A DNA stretch of 64,000 nt from an uncultured Gemmatimonadales bacterium (GTDB lineage Bacteria > Gemmatimonadota > Gemmatimonadetes > Longimicrobiales > Longimicrobiaceae), in assembly GCA_963716255.1 (NCBI GenBank), contig OY970303.1, positions 6,400,001 through 6,464,000 on the forward strand. The letters run 5' to 3'. The position numbers and the translations under genes were made by a program. The first letter of the stretch is position 1, and every line of letters starts with the position of its first letter. Positions 33,201-39,404 of the stretch are shown piece after piece. Under the pieces are notes generated by a model. That model did not search any database. It saw only the letters and a program-made list of their open reading frames with translations, and was not told the origin of the DNA.

Positions 33201-33452
33201 GTGGAGAGCGCCGAGGCGCGCCCCACGGACCAGACGTACACGGTGTTCGACGAGCTGTCGAAGCGGCTCGACGCGCAGCTCGAGCGGCTGGGCGAGCTGC
33301 TGGGCACGGACGTGGCGGCGCTCAACGACCTGCTGCGTGCCCGGCGCCTGCCGGCGGTGGACACCACGCGCGACGTGGAGCCGCAGGCTGCGGCGAGTGC
33401 GCCCGCGGGCGACGAGGACGGCGAGGAGGAGGGGGAGCACAGGGACTGGTAA
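30258..33452 (+). CDS. Secreted BNR/VPS10-repeat (WD40/YVTN/BNR-like) glycosyl hydrolase-like protein
   Basis: Signal peptide; many S-x-D-G-G-x-T-W Asp boxes; WRSIGP start; LVVATHGRG. Confidence 0.88.
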   Translation: MRYAAAAALALLASAPDATLHAQRGAAGPAGYDTTLLSPFRWRSIGPDRGGRSIAVAGSSKRPMEYFFGATGGGVWKTSDGGGTWSPVSDRHFTSSSVGALAVCEADPDVVYAGMGEAQLRGNVMQGDGLYRSADGGKTWSHVGLRETHVIARVRVDPADCDRVYVAALGRTYGPSPERGVFRSTDGGKTWAKTLFRDERTGAVDLVMDPADRKILYAGLWEVNRTPWSLSSGGPGGGIFRSADGGETWTELTRNPGLPQQGLVGKVGVAVSGADSGRVYAIVEADSGGVFRSDDAGATWTRVNQERKLRQRAFYYTRIYADPREKDVVYVLNVGFWRSRDGGKTFTAIRTPHGDNHDLWIDPADPRRMIEGNDGGANVSVNAGESWTDQDFPTAQMYHVATTKHFPYQVCGAQQDNSTLCVPSDGNGSQWYAVGGGESGYIAPDPRDTDVFYAGSYGGFLSRFDRATNQRRNIQVWPENPMGHSSEDIAERFQWTYPIVFSPHDPRVIYTGSQHLFRTMSEGQSWERISPDLTRADPRTLGPSGGPITLDQTGVETFGTLFTIAPSRHEAGTIWTGSDDGVVSLTRDGGTTWTRVTPPELPELARISLVEASPHAAGKAYVAANRYQQEDRAPYLFRTEDFGRSWTRITTGIPEGDFLRAVREDPKRAGLLYAGTENGIWVSWDDGAHWQSLRQNLPVTQVSDIAVEENDLVVATHGRGFYVLDDIAPLRQLSPRAAGGRVHLFDPVDPVRAVDAGVAVYYRLERPARRVTLEFLDARGQVVRAFAGSAADTARSGGAGQGGGGGDDDDGPATPAEPRVPTRAGMNRFAWNLRTRGPTTFPGMVLWVAGSNGPRVVPGTYRVRLVVDGARQEQEFVVRKDPRLTGVTQQDLERQFELATRIREATSRANEAVIRIRDVRSQVDDRAQRAADPAVSAAADSLRARLGAVEEAVYQVRLQSNQDPLNYPIRLNNKLAALLGVVESAEARPTDQTYTVFDELSKRLDAQLERLGELLGTDVAALNDLLRARRLPAVDTTRDVEPQAAASAPAGDEDGEEEGEHRDW

Positions 33453-33605
33453 CGGCCGGACGGAGTACGTCGTGACGGCCGGCGGCCGGGATCCCAGAGG
33501 GGATCCCGGCCGGTTCACTTTCGGCAGGCTGGTCGGCCGGTCGCGCGGACCGTAACTTCACCCCGTCCCGACGCTCCGCCCATTCTCGCCCCGATCGTCT
33601 GCCTC

Positions 33606-34235
33606 ATGCGCCCCTCGATCCACCGAGCCCTCCTCCTCGCCATTGCCTCGTCGCTGGCCGCGTGCGGGCGTTCCGCGCCCGAGCCGCCGCAGCCTCCTCC
33701 CGCGGAAGCCCCGCCGCCGGCCTCTGCGCCGCCGCCCCCGGCCGCCGCGCCCGCCGTGGACGCCCCGCGCAGCGTCGCCACCCCGCTGGCGGAGGCGGGC
33801 TGCACCACGGTCCGCACGGACCCGGAGACGGGCGGCAGCACGCAGGCGTGTCCCGGCGTGGGCGGCTACACGGTGCTGGTGCTGGACGACGACGCGCGCA
33901 TGTCCATCACGCTGCGCGCGCCGGGCGGCGCCGAGCACCCGCTGGAGCTGTGGAGCACGGTCACCTCGGCGTTCTCGTCGCTGGGGGACAGCCTGGAGTG
34001 GCGGGTGCGCGGGGCGGGGGAGGGGGCGGTGCCGTACGCGCTGGTGGTGGAGGTGCGCGCCAGCGAGTCGCCCGAGGACCCGGAGCGGGTGACCGTGCTC
34101 CGCGCGGTGGCGAAGGTGGGTCCGGGCGGGAGCTGCGTCACCCACCGGCTGGACGCCGCCGCCACGCGCGACCAGGTGCTCCGGGCCGCCGACGCCGCGC
34201 CCGGCCGGCCCTGCCTCGCCCGCCCGGGAGACTAG
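33606..34235 (+). CDS. Hypothetical lipoprotein
   Basis: Lipobox LAAC; Pro-rich linker; four further Cys. Confidence 0.75.
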   Translation: MRPSIHRALLLAIASSLAACGRSAPEPPQPPPAEAPPPASAPPPPAAAPAVDAPRSVATPLAEAGCTTVRTDPETGGSTQACPGVGGYTVLVLDDDARMSITLRAPGGAEHPLELWSTVTSAFSSLGDSLEWRVRGAGEGAVPYALVVEVRASESPEDPERVTVLRAVAKVGPGGSCVTHRLDAAATRDQVLRAADAAPGRPCLARPGD

Positions 34236-34337
34236 CCGGCGCGCCGCCTCCGGGATCCGGCACCGCGTCCTGCCAGATCCGCACCCGGTCGGCCGGCGCG
34301 AGGTGGAGGGCCTCGCCCGGCCGCACCCCGAACGAGA

Positions 34338-34377
34338 GACGCCCCCGCCGGCACTCCGGCGGGGGCGTCCCCCTTTT
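34338..34377. terminator. GC palindrome (family R4) between convergent genes
   Basis: GACGCCCCCGCCGG-CACT-CCGGCGGGGGCGTC then CCCCTTTT; near-identical hairpins at 46280 and 52250. Confidence 0.6.
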
Positions 34378-34404
34378 CGCACTTCCGCACTTCCGGTCCC
34401 GTCC

Positions 34405-35226
34405 CTACCACCCCGGCCCCACCCCCAGCGACAGACCCTCGCCGCTCAGCGTCAGCGACACCGACGCCCCCGGCGAGCCTCCCTCCGGCACGGTCTCGTC
34501 CGGGTCGTCGTCCCTGTCGTGGTAGCGGACCACCTGCAGCCCGACGAACGTGCCGAGCGCCGCGCCGGCGAGCACGTCCGTGGCCCAGTGCTTGTTGTCG
34601 TACATGCGCGACACGCCCACCAGCGCCGCGCCGCCGTACAGCGCCGCCCCCACGGGCCACTCCCAGCCGGGCATCCTGCGCGCCGTCTCGGCGGTGAACA
34701 CCGTGGCCGCGGCAAAGGCGTCGGACGCGTGGCCGGAGAAGAACGACTGGTAGCGGTTGTCGCCGAATCCACGGCCCAGCTTGAAGTCGCGCGGCCGGTC
34801 CAGGTCCACGTTGGGGCGGGCGCGGCCCGCGATCCCCTTGACCCCGCGCGTCAGCAGCTCGGCGAGGAGCACGGCCTCGGTGCCGTGCCGCCCCACGTCG
34901 CGCATCCCGTCGCTGCCCGTGGCCGCACCCGCCGCGAAGAGCGCGCCCGAGATCACCAGCGTCCCCGGCCGCGCCAGCGTGTTGAATCCCGTCGTCGCCC
35001 TGCGGGCGAACACCACCGCCTGCACGGTGGAGTCCTGGATGCGGGCCGCCAGGTAGCGGTCCACCGGCCAGAGCGCCGCGCTCCCCAGGAGGAAGCCCGC
35101 GGTCACCGCCGCGTCGGCCCGGCTGATGAGCGGCCCGTCGTCCTGGCGGGCCGGCTGCTGCGAGCCCTGCGCGCCGAGCAGCGACGGCGCGAGGGCGAGG
35201 CAGGCGAGAGCGAGCAGCGTGCGCAT
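34405..35226 (-). CDS. PAP2-family phosphatase (paralogue A)
   Basis: Signal peptide; KGIAGRARP, SFFSGH, SRMYDNKHWATDV. Confidence 0.88.
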   Translation of the reverse strand: MRTLLALACLALAPSLLGAQGSQQPARQDDGPLISRADAAVTAGFLLGSAALWPVDRYLAARIQDSTVQAVVFARRATTGFNTLARPGTLVISGALFAAGAATGSDGMRDVGRHGTEAVLLAELLTRGVKGIAGRARPNVDLDRPRDFKLGRGFGDNRYQSFFSGHASDAFAAATVFTAETARRMPGWEWPVGAALYGGAALVGVSRMYDNKHWATDVLAGAALGTFVGLQVVRYHDRDDDPDETVPEGGSPGASVSLTLSGEGLSLGVGPGW

Positions 35227-35323
35227 GGGATGCGGCGTGGAGCGGGTCACGGAAGGGGCGCGGCGATGCCTCCGCCGCGCCCCGTGGATCCGCACCGCCC
35301 CTGCAAGGCGAGGGCCGGCCGCG

Positions 35324-35701
35324 TCACCCGTTCCCGCCGTCCGCCTGGTCGTGCGCCCCCGGCACCTCGTCGCGGCCGTGCGCCTGGGCGGGCGGGTGCG
35401 TGGCCTCCACCGCGGTGAAGGGCTCCAGGATCCGGTAGGTGTGCGACGCGCCCTTTGGCACCACCCAGGAATCGCCCGGCTCCAGCAGGACCATCTGTCC
35501 CTCCAGGTGCAGCTCGGCGCGGCCGGACACCACGAAGCCCACGGTCTCGTAGTCGCGCGCGCTGGCGGGCTTTGCGTCGGTGGCCGCCTCCTTCTCCCAC
35601 ATGCGCATGCCGATGCCCACGCCGGCGGCCAGGTACTTCTGACCCATGTCTCCGCGCGGCGAGGTCGCCGAGCTGACCTTCTGGATGCTCTTGTCCGCCA
35701 T
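35324..35701 (-). CDS. Cupin-domain protein
   Basis: ETVGFVVSG, LEPGDSWVVPKGASH; GGAGAG RBS. Confidence 0.85.
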   Translation of the reverse strand: MADKSIQKVSSATSPRGDMGQKYLAAGVGIGMRMWEKEAATDAKPASARDYETVGFVVSGRAELHLEGQMVLLEPGDSWVVPKGASHTYRILEPFTAVEATHPPAQAHGRDEVPGAHDQADGGNG

Positions 35702-35762
35702 GGTGCTCTCCGTATCCGTGGTTTGGCCATCCGTCCCGGCGATCCGGGAGGCGCGCAGCGGA

Positions 35763-35779
35763 AGCACGCTCCGTGCCGG
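35763..35779 (-). promoter_or_regulatory. Putative sigma-54 promoter of the cupin gene
   Basis: Minus strand CCGGCACGGAGCGTGCT: GG-N10-GC. Confidence 0.4.
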
Positions 35780-35835
35780 GTAAGTTCCTGTAAGCTTCTA
35801 CAGATACGGATTCAACGGCCATGGATCGGAAGTGC

Positions 35836-35968
35836 GGGTTCGGGCGTGCCCCCGGCTGGCGCCGGGGTCGGGCTTCGGCTCCGTAGCAGACGAAACGACC
35901 GTCTGCAACGGAGTCGAGCCCCGCAAACTGCGCGGGTCTCGCCCCTTCGGGCCGGAATCCCTCACGCG
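35836..35968 (+). repeat. R1 element copy 5
   Basis: Core present, second arm shortened. Confidence 0.9.
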
Positions 35969-36072
35969 GCTCCGGGGCGTGGGCCGGCGTGCAGCGGAGG
36001 TCCGGGTGCGCGAAACCCCCTCCTCCCCGGCCGGGTGGAGGGGGTTAGCAGTCCCGTCCTCCGGACCGCGTA

Positions 36073-36612
36073 CTACCTCGCAGCCACCACGGGCCGCGCC
36101 TCCCGCCCGCGCAGCAGCCCCACGATGCGCTCCAGGTGCACCCGGTCGGTCTCGTCGAAGGCGTCCAGGAGGGTGCTGTCCACGTCCAGCACCGCGATCA
36201 GCTCGCCCGCGGCGTCCAGCACGGGCACCACGATCTCCGACGCGGAGGCCGCGTCGCAGGCGATGTGGCCGGGAAAGGCGCCGACGTCCGGCACGACGAG
36301 GGTGCGCCGCTCGCGGGCGCAGGCACCGCACACACCGCGGTCGAAGCGGATGCGCAGGCACCCCATCGTCCCCTGGTACGGACCCACCAGCAGCTCGTCC
36401 GCGGCCACCCGGCGGTAGAAGCCGGTCCAGAAGTAGTAGGGAAATGCGTTGTGCAGCAGGCAGACGACGGTCGCCATCCCGGCCAGGAGGTCCGGCTCGC
36501 CCTCCAGCACCGCCTCGATCTGCGCGCCGACCTCGCGGTAGCGCGCCTCCTTGTCCTCCGCGGAGAGCCGCAGCTCCCCCGTCCGGTCCGCCACCCGCGT
36601 GTGCTCCGCCAT
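36073..36612 (-). CDS. msrC: GAF-domain free methionine-R-sulfoxide reductase (MsrC/YebR-like)
   Basis: WTGFY, GPYQG, GVCG, GHIACD, SEIVVP, LDVDS. Confidence 0.85.
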   Translation of the reverse strand: MAEHTRVADRTGELRLSAEDKEARYREVGAQIEAVLEGEPDLLAGMATVVCLLHNAFPYYFWTGFYRRVAADELLVGPYQGTMGCLRIRFDRGVCGACARERRTLVVPDVGAFPGHIACDAASASEIVVPVLDAAGELIAVLDVDSTLLDAFDETDRVHLERIVGLLRGREARPVVAAR

Positions 36613-36770
36613 GCTCGGCTCCGTTTGCCCGTGTGCTCGCGCGATCCCCCGGAAAGATAACCATGGCCCCTGCGGCGCGGAGTCCGTGCGATTCAGGTCT
36701 TCCCGGTGCCGTCCGTATTCGAACGAGCCCAGGTCGCAATCGGCGCCTCCCCCCCCCGTTTCTGTCACTC

Positions 36771-36799
36771 TTGCCCGGGCCGGAATATCCGTTTACTGT
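36771..36799 (+). promoter_or_regulatory. Putative sigma-70 promoter of Cys-rich peptide 1
   Basis: TTGCCC-N17-TACTGT in a locally AT-richer stretch. Confidence 0.5.
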
Positions 36800-36882
36800 G
36801 GAATGTCCCGAATTTTGCGGGCGTTTCCGCCTCCTGCGGGCGGCGCGCCCCATCGCCTCACCCCGTACGCCGGAGAACCCCG

Positions 36883-37047
36883 ATGACCCGGATCGTTAAA
36901 GCCCCCGGCCGGTTCCTGTTCGCCGCCGCCATCGCCTGCGCCCTCGGATTCGGGGCGACGCAGGCGTTCGCCTCGCCGGCCGCCTCGCTGGCCGGGGTTT
37001 GCGGCCCCGGCTGCATCTACCGGCAATACCAGTGCATCTGCCTCTGA
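36883..37047 (+). CDS. Small secreted Cys-rich peptide 1 (54 aa; CxxxC...CxC)
   Basis: GGAGA RBS; MTRIVKAPGRFLFAAAIACALGFGATQAFASPAASLAGVCGPGCIYRQYQCICL; leader shared with 38917-39144. Confidence 0.78.
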   Translation: MTRIVKAPGRFLFAAAIACALGFGATQAFASPAASLAGVCGPGCIYRQYQCICL

Positions 37048-37076
37048 CGCAGTGACGAGCCGGAGCAGGGAAGCCG

Positions 37077-37106
37077 CGAAGGGCCCGCCGCGAGGCAGGC
37101 CCTTCG
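37077..37106. terminator. Hairpin after peptide 1
   Basis: CGAAGGGCC...GGCCCTTCG. Confidence 0.55.
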
Positions 37107-37146
37107 TCGTCCGGGTGAGGCTCGCGGCATCCAGCCGTCCCAGACG

Positions 37147-38505
37147 CTACGCGCGGATGGCCGGGTCCCCGTCCGCTTCCTCGTCCAACTTGCGCCCGCC
37201 CCCGTCGCCGCGGCCCTTCTGGTAGCGGCGCATGAGCGGCGTCACCGTGACGCCGTGCACCACGATGGAGGTGACCACCACCGCAAGCATCAGCGCCGTC
37301 AGCCGCTCGGCGACGTCCCGGGGGATCCCGTGCTCTATGGCGTAGGCCAGGTAGTAGACCGAGCCGATGCCGCGGATGCCGAACCAGGAGACCAGCCGCC
37401 GGCGCGTGGGCGACACGTCGGCGCCCAGCAGGCCGGCGTACACCGCGAGCGGGCGGATCCCCAGGAAAAGGAGGGGGACGAACCAGACGGCGTCCGGCGA
37501 CAGGTAGCTCTGCGACAGCATTCCTCCCAGCAGCACCACCACCCCCACCGTCCCGATGCGCTCCAGCTGCTCGCTGAAGGCGAGCACCGCCTGCGCCATG
37601 TACGCCGGGGCCTTTTCCCGGTCGGTGGCGATCTCGTCGGCGGCGTCGCCGGCCGCCTCCATGCGCACGTCCGCCGGGGGCTCGTCCGCGCCGGTGTGGC
37701 TGCGCTCGATGCGGCGCAGCGCCAGCCCCGCCGCGAACACCGCCAGGAAGCCGTAGGTGTGCAGCAGGAGGGCGGCCCCGTACGACAGCGCGATAAGCCC
37801 CAGCGCCAGGAAGTCGTCCAGCCCCACCGCCTCCTTGTGCTCGCGGCGCAGGAACAGGATGAAGCGCCCCACCGCCATCCCCATCACGCTCCCCACCGCC
37901 AGCCCGCCGGCGATGGACCAGGCCACGTCCACCGCCAGCCACTTCCACCCCCACTCCCCGATCTCGTGCACCCCCAGCAGCCCCAGCCCCAGCATCACGA
38001 AGGGAAATGCGGTGCCGTCGTTGAGGCCGGCCTCGCCGGTGAGGCTGAAGCGGAGCTGGTCGCGGTCGGTGGGGTGCTCCACCTGCACGTCGGCGGCGAG
38101 AACCGGGTCGGTGGGGGCGAGCACGGCGCCCAGCAGGATGGCCGCGCCCAGCGGGAGCCCCATCCCCAGCACCCCCGCCGCGGCGATCAGCCCCACCGTC
38201 GCCGTCATGGACACGAAGGCGAGCCGCACCGGCACGCGCCAGCGCGGGTCGTCCAGCGGGGTGCGCAGCTTGAGCCCGGCGGAAAAGAGCGACACGATCA
38301 CCGCCACCTCGGTGATGCGCTCCAGCAGCGCCGCCTGCTCCACCGGGTCCACGTGGAGCAGGTCCAGCGCCAGCGGTCCCGCCAGCACCCCCGCCGCCAG
38401 GTACACCATGGCGACCGACAGCGGCAGGCGCTTCAGCACCGAGCCGGCCACCGCCAGCAGCACGAGCAGGGCGCCGACGACCAGGAACCAGGTGATCGCG
38501 GTCAA
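37147..38505 (-). CDS. Cation:proton antiporter (CPA1/NhaP-like)
   Basis: Many TM helices; APTDPVLA, GEAGLNDG, WFGIRGIGS; TTG start uncertain. Confidence 0.9.
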   Translation of the reverse strand: MTAITWFLVVGALLVLLAVAGSVLKRLPLSVAMVYLAAGVLAGPLALDLLHVDPVEQAALLERITEVAVIVSLFSAGLKLRTPLDDPRWRVPVRLAFVSMTATVGLIAAAGVLGMGLPLGAAILLGAVLAPTDPVLAADVQVEHPTDRDQLRFSLTGEAGLNDGTAFPFVMLGLGLLGVHEIGEWGWKWLAVDVAWSIAGGLAVGSVMGMAVGRFILFLRREHKEAVGLDDFLALGLIALSYGAALLLHTYGFLAVFAAGLALRRIERSHTGADEPPADVRMEAAGDAADEIATDREKAPAYMAQAVLAFSEQLERIGTVGVVVLLGGMLSQSYLSPDAVWFVPLLFLGIRPLAVYAGLLGADVSPTRRRLVSWFGIRGIGSVYYLAYAIEHGIPRDVAERLTALMLAVVVTSIVVHGVTVTPLMRRYQKGRGDGGGRKLDEEADGDPAIRA

Positions 38506-38554
38506 CGTGTTCTTTGAGGCGGAGTTGCAGGGGGTCGCATCGAGCGGCGGGGGG

Positions 38555-38571
38555 TGCAAGAGGTGTTCCGG
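38555..38571 (-). promoter_or_regulatory. Putative sigma-54 promoter of the antiporter
   Basis: Minus strand CCGGAACACCTCTTGCA: GG-N10-GC with TTGCA. Confidence 0.45.
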
Positions 38572-38636
38572 GGTGGTGTCGGAGGTGTGTACAGGGTTCT
38601 GGGCGGGGGCCGTGCGGACGGACGGGACACGGCGGC

Positions 38637-38791
38637 GGGTTCGGGCGTGCCCCCGGCTGCGCCGGGGTCGGGCTTCGGCTCCGTAGAGCAGCAAACAACG
38701 CTGCTCAACGGAGGCGAGCCCCGCGAAACTGCCCGCGGGTCTCGCCCCTTCGGGCCGAAATCCCTCACGCGGGCTCCGCGCTGACGTCCGC
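38637..38791 (+). repeat. R1 element copy 6
   Basis: Core plus tail; inverted partner at 39241-39375. Confidence 0.92.
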
Positions 38792-38825
38792 AGGGGGAAT
38801 CGCGTGACCGGGGCGACAATCGTCG

Positions 38826-38854
38826 TTGACCCTGCGCGACGCGCTCCGTAACGT
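38826..38854 (+). promoter_or_regulatory. Putative sigma-70 promoter of defensin-like peptide 2
   Basis: TTGACC-N17-TAACGT. Confidence 0.6.
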
Positions 38855-38916
38855 GCACCCGCACGTCTGCCGCGGCCGGTTGGCCGCGGACCCGAACCTT
38901 TCGAGAGGAGGGACCC

Positions 38917-39144
38917 ATGGGCTCCACGCTGAACCGCCTTCGCCGGGGACTGCTCGCGGTCGCCTTCGTGGGTTCCCTTGGCTTCGGCGCCACGCAGGCG
39001 CTCGCCAGCCCGGACCCGGCGCGCATCAAGTACTGCACGGACCTGGGGACCGACTACTACACCTCGTACTGCGCCTTCGGCTGCCCGGGCAACCGGGGAT
39101 ACTGCCGGATGGGAGGCGTGTGCGTCTGCGGCGAGATGCCCTGA
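38917..39144 (+). CDS. Secreted six-cysteine defensin-like peptide 2 (75 aa)
   Basis: GAGGAG RBS; signal peptide ending QALA; Cys spacing C-x11-C-x3-C-x6-C-x5-C-x-C with G-Y-C. Confidence 0.82.
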   Translation: MGSTLNRLRRGLLAVAFVGSLGFGATQALASPDPARIKYCTDLGTDYYTSYCAFGCPGNRGYCRMGGVCVCGEMP

Positions 39145-39157
39145 GACCTGCCGGCAC

Positions 39158-39208
39158 GAATGCAGCTCGGCCCCGTGCCTCCATGGAGACGCGGGGCCGA
39201 ATGCATTC
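39158..39208. terminator. Long hairpin after peptide 2
   Basis: GAATGCA..TCGGCCCCG...CGGGGCCGA.TGCATTC. Confidence 0.5.
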
Positions 39209-39240
39209 TCGATGTGCCCCGCCGAGCCACGTCGGAGCCT

Positions 39241-39375
39241 GCGTGAGGGATTACGGCCCGAAGGGGCGAGACCCGGCGGCAGTTTGCCGGGGCTCGCCTC
39301 CGTTGCAGACGGTTGTTTCGTCTGCTACGGAGCCGAAGCCCGACCCCGGCGACAGCCGGGGGCACGCCCGAACCC
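39241..39375 (-). repeat. R1 element copy 7
   Basis: Reverse-complement core; 29 nt after the metalloprotease stop. Confidence 0.92.
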
Positions 39376-39404
39376 GCCCTTGAAGGCAGTTCCATCCGGA
39401 CCCG

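Noticed and set aside
36883..39144. Cys-rich peptides as lanthipeptide, sactipeptide or ranthipeptide precursors
   Set aside because: Leaders look like Sec signal peptides and no radical SAM, LanM or YcaO gene is in the window; disulfide-bonded peptides are the simpler reading
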